From a virus, in the IMG/VR virus record IMGVR_UViG_3300046674_000373, positions 32,166-96,165 of that record: a stretch of 64,000 bases of DNA. One strand, 5' to 3'. Shown here piece by piece: positions 27,363-37,316 of the stretch (the stretch's first letter is position 1; the number at the start of each line of letters is the position of its first letter). The translations under genes were made by a program, and so were the position numbers. The notes below the pieces were generated by a model, which searched no databases, was not told the origin of the DNA, and saw only the letters and a list, made by a program, of their open reading frames with translations.

Positions 27363-30266
27363 TCAGCCAGCTCCCGATGGCGCCGGCATGGTGACGCGCT
27401 TCTTGATCGTGAACGGGTCCGCCATCTTCTGGCCGGTCGGGCTGACCAGGGTGATCTCGCCACTCAAGTTGATTGACTGCTGCGGTCCGCCTGCAGCCTG
27501 CTTGGGCGCGCCGTCAGGCATCGGCGTGGCGAAATGCCCCCGATTGCGCGAGATGGTGGACACGTAGTCGGTCGTCTCGGCATTGCCCCACTTGGACTGG
27601 TCCCAGCCGCTGTTGTAGGCCGCCAGTGCGGCCTCGTCGGTCTTGAACTTGGCCTTGTTCTCGCGCATCACCTCGCGCTGGATGATGACCGCGTCATCCT
27701 CGTTGTACGGGTCGAGCTTGCGGCCGAGGCGTTGCTCGAGCGCAGCCAGCGTCTTCGGCATGACCTGCGCCAGGCCCATTGCGCCGCTCTTCTTGTTGTA
27801 GGCGCTTGGATTGAACCGGCTCTCCTTGCTGATCTGGGCGGCCGACGTACCAGGCGACAGGCCCACCTCGCGGTCGGTGCGCGCCAGCTCGCGCATGACC
27901 TTGTCCGGGTTCTTCAGGCTCGATGCGTTCGGGTCGGCGGGCGGCGAGCTGGCGCCGGGCGAGGCAGCGTCGATTTTGAGCTGGCGCACGTTGCGCTCGA
28001 GGCTGTCCTTCTCGTCCTGCTCGGCCTTGGAGAGTTGCTCCTGCAATTCGACGATGCGCTTCTGCGCCGCCGTGCGTTTCGCCAGCAGCTCGTCACGCTT
28101 CTGCTTCAGCTCGGCGCGCGCGGCATTCGCCTCTTCATCCGTCTTGGCGCCCAGGATCTTCGTGCGGTATTCCTCGCTCAGCTTGCCGAGCTCGCCGGTC
28201 GCGTCGTTCACGCCCACGCCCTTAATGATCGCGCGCTGCTCCTCGATGTCGGCGTCGTTCTTGGTCTTCAGGTTGCTCAGGCGCTCGCCGGACTCGGTGC
28301 GCATCACGGCCTCGGCAATGCCGGTCGAACCCAGATGACCCTTCCCCGCCATGTGCACGATGCCGTACCGCATATCCGTCATGAGCGGCACCAGCTTGGT
28401 GGCGAGTTCCCGGATCCCCTTATCGACCTGGTTGATCGACTCGCGGGTCTTGCTGCCGTCGGTCTGTTCCTGCTCACGCGAGAAGGTCAGCTCCGCCAGA
28501 ATGTCGCGCAGCTTCTCGGTGTCGCCGCCGTCGATGGCGGACTGCAGGCGCTGGTTTTCCTCGACCGACAGCGACTTGCGGCTCTTGCGCAGTGAATCGG
28601 CCTGGCCCAGCAGCGTCGAGCGGTCGCCGGTCTCGATGTTGGCCATGGCCGAGATGCCGGTAGACGACAGCTGCCCCAGATCTAGGCCCAGCCGGCCCAT
28701 GCGGCCGGTCATCCCGCCCAGTGACTGGGGCGCGATCGTGTGCAGCGCCATCGCCTGATTCTCGTTCACGCCGAGCAGGCGCGCGGTCGCATTGAGCATC
28801 AGGCTCGGGTTGCTGGCGTAGTCGTGCTGGATTTTCGACAGGATGGTCGAGATATTGGTCTCGTCCGAGGTGGCGGCCGTCCCCGACACGCCGCCGCCGA
28901 ATTTGGCGGAGAACTTCGAATACAGCGAGTCCTTGCCGAACGCCAGCCGTCCGGTGCCGAACGCGCCCTGCTGCTGGAGCATGGCGGCCTGCACCGGGTC
29001 GAGCCCGTATTTCTTGCCCAGCGCCGAGAACAGGTAGTTCTGGCCCGCCTCGCCGGCCGCGCCGCCGCCCATGATGGCGCCGTTGACGCGCCCGAGCAGC
29101 GCCGCGGCGCCCTGCGGATCCAGGCCCGGCGTGCGCGACGCCAGGAGGCCCGACAGCGATCCGGCATAGCCCTCGACGTTGGCCCCGGACAGGCTGGCAC
29201 GCGACTGCGTGACTGCGAAGGACGAGATGACCTGCAGCACCTCGTCCATCTTGCCGAACGATCCGGACTTGCCGACCGCCTCGCCGATCATCAGCGCCAG
29301 GCGGCGGCTGTCGTTCGTGTTGGCGGTCACCTGGAACTGGCGCATCTGCGCGAAAAACTGGTTCGACTGCTCCGGGTCCATGCCGAAGCTGCGGCCGAAG
29401 CCGCCGCCCACCGATACTTCGTCGGCCAGCGTCTTGTACTGCTCGCGCGAGATGCCCGACAGCCGGGCAAAATCTGCGCCGAGCTTCTGGGTCTGATCGA
29501 ACGTGGTGTCGATATCGTAGGACGCGGCCCGCAGCGACTCGCGCAGCAGGTTAAAGCTGACATTCACGTCGCCCAGCGTGCGCTTCAGGGTGTCGTAACC
29601 GACGCCCTCCTGGCCGGCCGCGTCCGCCTGCCCCTTGATGGCGCCGATGCCCTTGCTGATACCAACGGCCGCCAGGCCGCCGAAGAGGCCCATCAGCCCT
29701 GCGGCCATCCCTCCGGCCATGCCAGCTGCGCCGGCGTCCGCAACAACGCCGCCGACCGGCCCGGCGGCGCGCAGACCAGCACGGGCAACCCCGCCCAGCG
29801 TTGAGCCGATAGTCGGCTCGTCCTTCCTTTTTCCGCCGCCCGAAGAGGAATCTGAGGCAGGGGCGCTCGGTCGCGCGCCGCTCGGCGTCGGCGCAGGGGC
29901 CGGAGCCTGGAGCCCATAGGCCGTGCCAGCAGTGACATGCTGGAACGCCTGCTGCATCCGCTTCTGGCGCAGGACCGGGTCGTCGTAGAGCCGGTTCCAG
30001 TCGAGCGCGCCGAATGCGGTGCCCGATTGACCGGTCGCCTTGATGCGATCGCGCAGCGCGCCGGAGACCTTGGTGAGCTCCTTGAAGCGGTCCTCGATCT
30101 GCTTCAGCTCGGCCAGCGTCCCCTGGGGCACCGGGTTGAACTTCACCTTGTTGGCAGAGGCGACCGTCTGCGCAAGCCGGTTCATCTGCTCGTTGAGCTT
30201 GGCTATTGCTTTGTCGGTGTCGCTGCCGTCGAAGTCGGCGCTGACTGGGATTTTAATGCCGGTCAT
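27363..30266 (-). CDS. tape measure protein with C-terminal lytic transglycosylase
   Basis: 967 aa Ala/Gly-rich helical; KESRFNP..GAMGLAQVMP..ALAAYNSG. Confidence 0.85.
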   Translation of the reverse strand: MTGIKIPVSADFDGSDTDKAIAKLNEQMNRLAQTVASANKVKFNPVPQGTLAELKQIEDRFKELTKVSGALRDRIKATGQSGTAFGALDWNRLYDDPVLRQKRMQQAFQHVTAGTAYGLQAPAPAPTPSGARPSAPASDSSSGGGKRKDEPTIGSTLGGVARAGLRAAGPVGGVVADAGAAGMAGGMAAGLMGLFGGLAAVGISKGIGAIKGQADAAGQEGVGYDTLKRTLGDVNVSFNLLRESLRAASYDIDTTFDQTQKLGADFARLSGISREQYKTLADEVSVGGGFGRSFGMDPEQSNQFFAQMRQFQVTANTNDSRRLALMIGEAVGKSGSFGKMDEVLQVISSFAVTQSRASLSGANVEGYAGSLSGLLASRTPGLDPQGAAALLGRVNGAIMGGGAAGEAGQNYLFSALGKKYGLDPVQAAMLQQQGAFGTGRLAFGKDSLYSKFSAKFGGGVSGTAATSDETNISTILSKIQHDYASNPSLMLNATARLLGVNENQAMALHTIAPQSLGGMTGRMGRLGLDLGQLSSTGISAMANIETGDRSTLLGQADSLRKSRKSLSVEENQRLQSAIDGGDTEKLRDILAELTFSREQEQTDGSKTRESINQVDKGIRELATKLVPLMTDMRYGIVHMAGKGHLGSTGIAEAVMRTESGERLSNLKTKNDADIEEQRAIIKGVGVNDATGELGKLSEEYRTKILGAKTDEEANAARAELKQKRDELLAKRTAAQKRIVELQEQLSKAEQDEKDSLERNVRQLKIDAASPGASSPPADPNASSLKNPDKVMRELARTDREVGLSPGTSAAQISKESRFNPSAYNKKSGAMGLAQVMPKTLAALEQRLGRKLDPYNEDDAVIIQREVMRENKAKFKTDEAALAAYNSGWDQSKWGNAETTDYVSTISRNRGHFATPMPDGAPKQAAGGPQQSINLSGEITLVSPTGQKMADPFTIKKRVTMPAPSGAG

Positions 30267-30538
30267 ATGGGTTCGCCCCAGTCAGCGGGGTCGTCCTCCT
30301 CTTCCATTTGCTTCATCACCGCTTCCTTGTCGAAGTCTTCGTCCTCGATTTCCTCGCCGGGCGGCTTGTCGAAGTAGACGTGGGCCCAGTATTCGGCCTC
30401 GATCTGCTCGTACGTGGCGTCAAGATAGCGCGGGTCCGTCGGCGCCAGGTTGAACTTGCGCCGGTACCAGAACTCCAGCGACGTCGCCATCTCCCGGCCG
30501 CGGCGCTTGGACTGCTTGGCTCGCTCCCGTTCGAAAGG
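30263..30538 (-). CDS. tail assembly chaperone, frameshifted C-terminal part (T-like)
   Basis: +1-frame ORF overlapping the chaperone (FWYRRKFNLAPTDPRYLDAT), ending at tape measure start. Confidence 0.6.
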   Translation of the reverse strand, partial: PFERERAKQSKRRGREMATSLEFWYRRKFNLAPTDPRYLDATYEQIEAEYWAHVYFDKPPGEEIEDEDFDKEAVMKQMEEEDDPADWGEPI

Positions 30539-30839
30539 ACTGCTCCTTTTCACGCAGGGCCGCGTGGACGGTGCGCAGTTTGGTGTAGGATTCCTGATCG
30601 AGCGGGTCGAGGTTGTCGATGTCCCAGCCCAGCGGTGCCGTCACGGTCAGGACCTTGAGCGCCGCGTACCAGCCGCCGACCAGCTGCAGCCAAGCGGTGG
30701 GCGTTTCCACCCCCTCGGTGACGCGCGAATACTCGGCCGAGATGCGCAGCTCGTCGCGCAGCATGCGCTTGGCGAAGGAAAAGGTGCCGACGCTCGGCAC
30801 CTCGACGAAGAAATCAGTAGCTTCAGCGGGGCGGGTCAT
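30420..30839 (-). CDS. tail assembly chaperone (G-like)
   Basis: Between tube and tape measure; SD AAGGA. Confidence 0.7.
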   Translation of the reverse strand: MTRPAEATDFFVEVPSVGTFSFAKRMLRDELRISAEYSRVTEGVETPTAWLQLVGGWYAALKVLTVTAPLGWDIDNLDPLDQESYTKLRTVHAALREKEQSFRTGASQAVQAPRPGDGDVAGVLVPAQVQPGADGPALS

Positions 30840-30875
30840 GTGGTCCTTGAATGGGAAAATGGGTTGGTGAATGCC

Positions 30876-30891
30876 AGCATGAGGTCACGAC
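30876..30891 (-). promoter_or_regulatory. late promoter motif
   Basis: GTCGTGAC-CT-CATGCT; leadered, directly after terminator. Confidence 0.7.
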
Positions 30892-30894
30892 ACG

Positions 30895-30920
30895 AAAAAG
30901 CCCGCACGCGGCGGGCTTTT
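30895..30920 (-). terminator. intrinsic (bidirectional) terminator after tail tube
   Basis: AAAAAGCCCGC-acgcg-GCGGGCTTTT. Confidence 0.8.
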
Positions 30921-30939
30921 GGGGCTGGGATGGCGCCCG

Positions 30940-31362
30940 TTATGCGGCCAGGCCGGACACGTCGGTCGCCAGGAAGGTACCGGACGACATAACGATGGCG
31001 TGCTTGGTGATCTCCAGCTCGCCCGAGGCATAGGTGCAGCCCATGTACTTGCGCAGCTCCTCGCCAGTGTCCTTGTCGTACGAGACGATGTCGAACACGA
31101 GGCCCTGCAGGGCGCCGTCGCCGTTCTCCGACGCGAGGCCCAGCTGGCGCAGGGTTGCACGCTTCATCACCATGGTGCTGACCGAAACGGTATGGCGCGC
31201 GATGGTGGGCACGTGCTCCTGGACGTGGATATCGCCGATGCCGCTGGCGGAGTCCGGCGCATAGTCGTCCGACATGCGCACCGACTGGATCAGCCCGACC
31301 TGTTTGCCGTCGAGCTGGATGACGATCCGGTTACCGGAGCGGACGTTCTGATTTTGCTTCAT
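30940..31362 (-). CDS. tail tube protein
   Basis: 140 aa after sheath; GIGDIHVQEHVP. Confidence 0.8.
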   Translation of the reverse strand: MKQNQNVRSGNRIVIQLDGKQVGLIQSVRMSDDYAPDSASGIGDIHVQEHVPTIARHTVSVSTMVMKRATLRQLGLASENGDGALQGLVFDIVSYDKDTGEELRKYMGCTYASGELEITKHAIVMSSGTFLATDVSGLAA

Positions 31363-31374
31363 TTATACGCTCCT

Positions 31375-33090
31375 TTAGATCGAGGCCGTGCCGCTGTACG
31401 GGACGGCGAAGATGGTCACCGGGATGAAGTTGACCGGGATCACCGGCGAGCACTGGAACTCGACGCGCAGCACGTCGCCCTCCAGCGAGGCGCTGATGTT
31501 TTTGTAGGCGGGGCTGTTCTTGTCGCCGACGATGACGCCCGGGCCTTGCGGCTCCGGCCGGGCCAGTTCGCGCAGGGTCGAATCGGCAATGCTCACCGCG
31601 CGCGAGAGCACAATCGGGTTGCCCTTCTCGCCCCGCAGGACGTCCAGCGCCTCGCGCACGTTGCGCGCCACGAAATCGACCGCGACGCCGCAGGAAACCT
31701 CGACCCGGTTGTAGTTGTCGTTCCCCAGCCAAGTGGTGATCGACTTGACCACCTTATAGCCAGACGAGGTGTTCTCGACGCACAGCACGCCAGCATCGAT
31801 CAGCACATCGGTGTCGGTCGGGTTGCGCAGGCTGCGCTCCAGGCCGCGTACCTTGACCGCCTTGTTGGTGAGCGCAGTGCCCGGGTTCACGCCCGAGAAG
31901 GCACCGGCCAGCAGGGCAGCCAGCATGTACGGCGGGAACAGGGTCAAGTTGCCCTTCGCGTCGTAGTCGTAGTAGCCCAGGTGCACCAGGGAGGTGCGGT
32001 CACTGTTGATCGCCTTGGCTGCCGCGATGGCCGCTGCGTCGGTCGAGCCCGAGGCCATGCCCACGATGCCGCGGCGCTCCTTGCGCATCTGCCCGGACAT
32101 GAACGCGCAATGGGTATCGTTCATCGAGTGGATGGACGCGTCTGACGTGATCGGCACTACCCACTGCACGTCTTCGGTCTGCAGGGTGGTGTAGGCCGCG
32201 CTCCACTCGGCGTTCGTGACCATACCGTCCGAGCCGCCGGCCAGGTAGGTGAAGCTGACCGGGGTCGGCACCTTGCCGGCGTTGTTGGCGCGGGTTGCGG
32301 TGATGAAGCCTTCGCCGATGCCGTTGAACCAGTCGACGGCGGCCTGCAGGTCGGCCTTGACCGTGTAGCTGGCGGTCTTGACGTCCACTGCCGTGACGAA
32401 GTCCAGGCCGTTCAGGGTTGGCTTGGTCGCGTTGCCGTCGAGGACAGCCCCCGTGAAGCCGCTGATCGAGTTGATCTTGTCCACGACCTGCTGGACCGTG
32501 GGGAACGACGCGAGGTCGATTGTGGCCACAGTGGAGCCCGACGGCGCCTGGAGCGTGATTTCCGTGCCGGTGATCGACATGACCGCAGTCAGCGCGCCGC
32601 CCGCGTAGCGCACGCTGAAGGCGTTGCGAGTGACGTTGTCGTCGGAGTAGTAGCTGTCGCCCAGTTGGGTGGTCAGCTTGAGCCCGGTCGTGGTACCAGC
32701 TTCGACCTTCGCCTTGATCTGGTTCGTGTACAGGCCGTAGTCGGTTGATGCCAGGTTGATCGCCGGGGCGCTGGCCGAGTCGAGCAGCACCAGGGTCGCT
32801 TGTACCGCCGGGTTGACACGCACCGCCACTACCGTGGATGGGCCGTTCGTCTGCGAGCTCGGATCGAACGCCTTGAGCACTGCCGTGAGCAGCTCGCCGT
32901 CGCGCAGAGCGGCGACCGCTTCGCTCGGGCTACCGAAGCGCAGCGGGGTGTTCGGGCTGCCACCGGACGAGCGGCCGATGACCGCCAGAACGTTACCGAC
33001 GGTCAGGTTCTTGTTGTTCATGGCACTGTCGTCGACCACCGACATGGTGGCCGGCGACGTCCATTTACGGCCATTGAAGAATACGCTCAT
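31375..33090 (-). CDS. tail sheath protein
   Basis: 571 aa; LAGGSDG; C-terminal PVIPVNFIPVTI. Confidence 0.9.
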   Translation of the reverse strand: MSVFFNGRKWTSPATMSVVDDSAMNNKNLTVGNVLAVIGRSSGGSPNTPLRFGSPSEAVAALRDGELLTAVLKAFDPSSQTNGPSTVVAVRVNPAVQATLVLLDSASAPAINLASTDYGLYTNQIKAKVEAGTTTGLKLTTQLGDSYYSDDNVTRNAFSVRYAGGALTAVMSITGTEITLQAPSGSTVATIDLASFPTVQQVVDKINSISGFTGAVLDGNATKPTLNGLDFVTAVDVKTASYTVKADLQAAVDWFNGIGEGFITATRANNAGKVPTPVSFTYLAGGSDGMVTNAEWSAAYTTLQTEDVQWVVPITSDASIHSMNDTHCAFMSGQMRKERRGIVGMASGSTDAAAIAAAKAINSDRTSLVHLGYYDYDAKGNLTLFPPYMLAALLAGAFSGVNPGTALTNKAVKVRGLERSLRNPTDTDVLIDAGVLCVENTSSGYKVVKSITTWLGNDNYNRVEVSCGVAVDFVARNVREALDVLRGEKGNPIVLSRAVSIADSTLRELARPEPQGPGVIVGDKNSPAYKNISASLEGDVLRVEFQCSPVIPVNFIPVTIFAVPYSGTASI

Positions 33091-33098
33091 GTCGGTCC

Positions 33099-33302
33099 TC
33101 AGACAGGTTTAGTGACGAAGGCAGCAAAGCGGGTCTGGAACTCGCTCTCTGCGTCCTTGATGCGGCCGGCGGCCAGCTCGGAGTGGTGGAAGCCACCGAT
33201 CAGCTCGACACGCTTGTCGTTCTTCGACAGCCGCGTGCAGAACTCCTCGAGCGTCATGTGCTCGGGTGCTTCCACCTGAGCGTCTTGGTCCTTTTTGCCC
33301 AT
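33099..33302 (-). CDS. hypothetical protein
   Basis: Coupled ORF upstream of sheath. Confidence 0.6.
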   Translation of the reverse strand: MGKKDQDAQVEAPEHMTLEEFCTRLSKNDKRVELIGGFHHSELAAGRIKDAESEFQTRFAAFVTKPV

Positions 33303-34123
33303 TAGTTACCCTCGATAGTTGAAATAACTTCCTTGATCGCCCCCACTGATGCGCCCACCTGCGCGGGAGCAAGACAGGAGAACGTGCACAGGACCTGGTA
33401 GACCGGCACCACGAAGGTGGCGAAGTCTTCCATATCCTGTTGCGAAAACTCGATCTCGACCATGCCGGCGAAATCGAACACCGGCAGATTGGCCTGGACG
33501 ATGCGCAGCAGCGCGCGGCGCAGTTCGATGCGTTCGTCCGGGTTCTCCGACCAGCCCATGATGTTGAGCTGCGTGCGGGCCAGCCAGCCCTCTTTTTCCG
33601 TCCAGCTGTCGGCGCTGAACTCGTCGACCTCGATCATTTCGCCGATCGCGCGTTCGGCCGGGCCTTCGCTGCCCAGGTGCACCGTGACGACCGGCCACAC
33701 CGTGTCCTCGAAGGTGGGCGGCGCGGTGAGAACCTTGATGTGCCCCTGATCGTGGAGCAGGGTGCCGCGGCGCAGCTCCTCCTGGAGCCCGAGATCGAGC
33801 CGCTCGCGCACCAGCGACAGCACGTCGGCGCCGAGCTGCTGGTAGGTCGCGTTCGGCGTTGCCGTGGCGGTCGGCCCGGCCACCCAGGTGGCGTCGAACA
33901 GGTAGTAAGGCCGGTAGTAGTAGAGCGTGCCGTTCGTCAGGCCCGTGATATCGAGCGTTACATTGTCGGACCCCTCATACACGAGCAGCGCATCGGGATC
34001 GGCCTCACCAGCAAACGTGTCCGCGACCTTGCGCAGCAGCCGCCACGACGCGGCGCCGGCCGGCGGCTGCAGGAATACCCTGAGCGCGTTTCCGGCAGCG
34101 AGCGGTTGGATGAGGGAGATCAT
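33302..34123 (-). CDS. tail completion/terminator-like protein
   Basis: Position before sheath; start chosen at ATG 7 nt after the late -10 hexamer. Confidence 0.6.
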   Translation of the reverse strand: MISLIQPLAAGNALRVFLQPPAGAASWRLLRKVADTFAGEADPDALLVYEGSDNVTLDITGLTNGTLYYYRPYYLFDATWVAGPTATATPNATYQQLGADVLSLVRERLDLGLQEELRRGTLLHDQGHIKVLTAPPTFEDTVWPVVTVHLGSEGPAERAIGEMIEVDEFSADSWTEKEGWLARTQLNIMGWSENPDERIELRRALLRIVQANLPVFDFAGMVEIEFSQQDMEDFATFVVPVYQVLCTFSCLAPAQVGASVGAIKEVISTIEGN

Positions 34124-34130
34124 GGCTTGC

Positions 34131-34146
34131 ATGATCCCGTCACGAC
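34131..34146 (-). promoter_or_regulatory. late promoter motif
   Basis: GTCGTGAC-GG-GATCAT-N7-ATG. Confidence 0.7.
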
Positions 34147-34156
34147 CGTTTGCACG

Positions 34157-34172
34157 GGCGTGACATTAGAGT
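34157..34172 (+). promoter_or_regulatory. late promoter motif
   Basis: GGCGTGAC-AT-TAGAGT-N6-ATG. Confidence 0.7.
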
Positions 34173-34178
34173 CGGCAC

Positions 34179-35024
34179 ATGGCCGAATTCAAAGTCTCCG
34201 TGAAGCTGTCGGGCGTCCCGCGCTCGGTCAGTCAGATCCTCAACGCCGAGGTAATCCCGCTGCTGAACCAGGCGGTGCGCGCCGTCGCTCAGCAGACGCG
34301 CCAGGACTGGCAGGAGGCGGTGCTGCGCACGAAGCTGTGGAGCGGCGAGAAAGACGCCTATGCGGGGTCGATCACCTGGCAGATGACCGGCGCCTACTCG
34401 GCCGAGGTCTCGACGGACTACAAGTACGCCGAGGAGATCGAGACCGGGCGACCCGCGCGCGACCTCAAGCGCATGCTGGACACCAGCCAGAAGGTCCGGC
34501 GCACCAAGGACGGGCGGCGCTTCCTCGTGATCCCGTTCCGGCACAACGTGTCCAGCATGCCGGCCGGGGTGAAGTCCATGGCCACCAAGATGCAGATGTC
34601 GCGCGTGGTGGCCGAAGGCATGCGCCCGACCGGCGAGGTGACGCACCTCTCGCCCAAGGCCGGCATGCATGCCGCGGCCCACCAGTCGCCCTACCTCTCG
34701 AACCCGGCGACGAAGGGCGCGACGATGGTTGCGAAGCGCATGTACGACTGGGGCGGCCGACTCAAGCGCGGCGCACTCAAGGACGCCGGCCTCGACGCCG
34801 CCCAGGCGAAGCGCTACGCCGGCATGGTGCGCATGAACACCAGCACCCCGGGCGGGGCGAAATCCAGCGCCTATCTCACGTTCCGCATCATGATCGAGGG
34901 CAGCTCGGGCTGGGTGATCCCTGCCCAGCCGGGCCTGTTCATCGCCCAGAAGGTCGCGGCGGAGATGCAGCCAAAGGCCGAGGCGGCATTCGCCGAGGCG
35001 ATCAAGGCGACCCTGAAGGGCTAG
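34179..35024 (+). CDS. neck/tail-completion-like protein on opposite strand
   Basis: YAEEIETG..DLKRML..RFLVIPFRH; own late motif upstream. Confidence 0.6.
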   Translation: MAEFKVSVKLSGVPRSVSQILNAEVIPLLNQAVRAVAQQTRQDWQEAVLRTKLWSGEKDAYAGSITWQMTGAYSAEVSTDYKYAEEIETGRPARDLKRMLDTSQKVRRTKDGRRFLVIPFRHNVSSMPAGVKSMATKMQMSRVVAEGMRPTGEVTHLSPKAGMHAAAHQSPYLSNPATKGATMVAKRMYDWGGRLKRGALKDAGLDAAQAKRYAGMVRMNTSTPGGAKSSAYLTFRIMIEGSSGWVIPAQPGLFIAQKVAAEMQPKAEAAFAEAIKATLKG

Positions 35025-35655
35025 ACCGCCCCCAGAGGTCGAACCGGCGCAGGACGACGCGCTTCGGTAGCCGTGCCCCTTGGTGCTCATTCCGATTCGA
35101 CGGAAAGGCCCCAAAACAAAAGAATTCCGGGTACCGGCTGCCGCTGATCGTGTACTGCGTCCCGGCCGGCGGCGCGCCAGCATCCCACGCCAGGGTGCCG
35201 TTCGCCTGCACCTGAGGGATTCCGCCCTCGACGATGTGCTTCTGGGCGTCCAGCCAGAACACGCGGCTGATCTTCTCGACCCGGCCGATCAGGCGATCGG
35301 TCGGCGCGCCGCGCACCAGCGGCAGCGAGAACTGCTCGGCGGCGTTCAGCAGGGTCACGCGGTCAAACTGCCCCATCTCGTAGAGCGGCGAGCTCTCCGG
35401 GATCGACACCACCGAGTCGCCCGATTCATAGGTACCGAACTGCGCCCACTCGCGCTGCGTGCGCGAGCCGGTCACGCCGATCACCCCATCCTTGGGGGGA
35501 TTCCAAAGCTGGCCCTTGCCCGCGCAGTGCGGGCACCGCGGGTCGGCGGCGCCGGAATTTGGATTGCGGCATGGGCAGGCGAAGGCTTTGCGCCAGGTGA
35601 CCTGCTGGCCCATGTGCTCGATATGGCGGTTGAAGGCTGCGGGATTGAGTCTCAT
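35002..35655 (-). CDS. head closure/neck protein
   Basis: CPC..CPHCAGKG; context. Confidence 0.6.
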   Translation of the reverse strand: MRLNPAAFNRHIEHMGQQVTWRKAFACPCRNPNSGAADPRCPHCAGKGQLWNPPKDGVIGVTGSRTQREWAQFGTYESGDSVVSIPESSPLYEMGQFDRVTLLNAAEQFSLPLVRGAPTDRLIGRVEKISRVFWLDAQKHIVEGGIPQVQANGTLAWDAGAPPAGTQYTISGSRYPEFFCFGAFPSNRNEHQGARLPKRVVLRRFDLWGRSSPSGSP

Positions 35656-36752
35656 CACAGCACCGCCGTCCGGATCCCGTGGATCGCCGTCATCAGGCCG
35701 CCGTTGCCGCCGGCGGGACCATTGAGAATCACGTCGACCGAGTCCTCGTACTTGCTCATGTCCACGCTGACCGACTGCGACAGGCCATCCGCGCTGATCG
35801 AGCCAGACTGCGGCAGGAAGGCGTCGGCCAGCACCTTCAGGACCGCTTTCTTCTTCACCGCGTCGACCAGCTCGGGGTAGTCGCGCGCGGGGTTCTCGAG
35901 CCCAGCCACGTAGACCATGCGCACCATGTTGGGGACGATGCGGCTGGAGCTGACCACCTGCATCATGTATGGGCTCAGCGAGCCGAAGGAGCTGCCGAAC
36001 GTCGGTACCAGCTGCACCTGGCCGTATTTCTTGAACACCTGAAGCCATTCGGCCGGCACGTCGAACACCAGACCGCCCGCGCCCGGGTAGACGAGCTGCA
36101 TGGACCGGACCTCGGCCACCGGGCGGTTGTGGGTCACGAACATGCCCCAGCACTCGCCGGTGTACATCGACGGGTCGTAATCGTAGCTGGTGTCCACGTC
36201 CCAGGGCATGCCGTCCAGGGCTTCGACCTGCTCGGGCGACGGCGCGACCGGGAAGAAAGCCGTGGGCTGCAGCCGCACGCGCAGGGTGTGCGCGACCTCG
36301 GACTCGGCGGCCAGCACCTTCTGCCAGATGTAGTCGTCTGACACCTTGAGGTCGGGCAGCAGCGACTGCATGGCCGCGTACAGGCGGTCGGTGCGCATTT
36401 CATCCACGATGAAGTCGCGCACGAACAGCGCCGAACGGGTGAGGGCTGCCGGGCTATCCTCGACTTTCACGCGGAAGCGATAAGGCCGCCCGGCCACGAC
36501 CACGGCCAGCATGACCTCGGGCGCGGTGATCGCGGCCGTATCCTCCGGTGCCAGCGGCACCTCGACGAGACCGGCGCTCCAGTCCCCGGCGTCCGCCTCA
36601 AGGTCCTTCGCCGGCGCAAACAGCGGCTCGCCGGAGGTGATGTCGAACAGCTGCGCGGTCACGGCGCTCGATGGCGCGATCGCAACCGGCTGGCCGTCGG
36701 CGCGCAAGGTCGCGGTCAGTGTGGAGGGCTGGTTCTTGATGAGAGAAAGCAT
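35655..36752 (-). CDS. head-tail adaptor
   Basis: SISADGLSQSVS; context after capsid. Confidence 0.6.
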   Translation of the reverse strand: MLSLIKNQPSTLTATLRADGQPVAIAPSSAVTAQLFDITSGEPLFAPAKDLEADAGDWSAGLVEVPLAPEDTAAITAPEVMLAVVVAGRPYRFRVKVEDSPAALTRSALFVRDFIVDEMRTDRLYAAMQSLLPDLKVSDDYIWQKVLAAESEVAHTLRVRLQPTAFFPVAPSPEQVEALDGMPWDVDTSYDYDPSMYTGECWGMFVTHNRPVAEVRSMQLVYPGAGGLVFDVPAEWLQVFKKYGQVQLVPTFGSSFGSLSPYMMQVVSSSRIVPNMVRMVYVAGLENPARDYPELVDAVKKKAVLKVLADAFLPQSGSISADGLSQSVSVDMSKYEDSVDVILNGPAGGNGGLMTAIHGIRTAVL

Positions 36753-36765
36753 GAGGGCACCAAAG

Positions 36766-36803
36766 AAAAAAACCGCCGTCCTGGAAGCCGGGCCGGCGGT
36801 TTG
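36766..36803 (-). terminator. intrinsic terminator of capsid operon
   Basis: AAACCGCCG..CGGCGGTTT stem with U-tract on - strand. Confidence 0.7.
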
Positions 36804-36831
36804 GGGTCAGTTCTGGGCTGGATCGGCCGAA

Positions 36832-37251
36832 TTAGAAAGTCTCTTCGGCCTGCGAATCGGCGGCCGGCTTGTCCGCGTCCGGCTTCTGCTCCGGTGCCGA
36901 GGTCGGCTCCGGGGTCGGTGCCGGCGTAGGGGCCGGATCGTCGGCTTTTTCGCCAGCCTTCTGGGCAGCCTTATCTTCCTTGGCCGGCTTCTTCGGCGCG
37001 GCCGGAGCAGCGGTGGGCTTCGGGGTCGGAGTTCGGGTAGGGGCCGGGGTTGGAGCGTGGGTCGGCTGCGCAACCTCTTCCTCCTCCACCAGATCGAAGC
37101 CCGGAACGAGCATGAAGTGCTCGGCCTGCTCGATGGTGACCTCTTCGGAGATCATGCCGACCGGCTTGCCTTCGTCGTCCTTGTGCAGCGTGAACTTCAC
37201 GCCGTTGATCACCTCGCCCGCATTGGGGCGCGTGCAAATCACTTTCGCCAT
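36832..37251 (-). CDS. Pro/Ala/Thr-rich protein downstream of capsid
   Basis: SD AAGGA; PTPAPT repeats. Confidence 0.65.
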   Translation of the reverse strand: MAKVICTRPNAGEVINGVKFTLHKDDEGKPVGMISEEVTIEQAEHFMLVPGFDLVEEEEVAQPTHAPTPAPTRTPTPKPTAAPAAPKKPAKEDKAAQKAGEKADDPAPTPAPTPEPTSAPEQKPDADKPAADSQAEETF

Positions 37252-37316
37252 TTCGCATCCTTCACAAAGGGCAGGGCACCCGAAGATGCCCTGCCGGGTT
37301 GGTCAATCCTGCTGGC

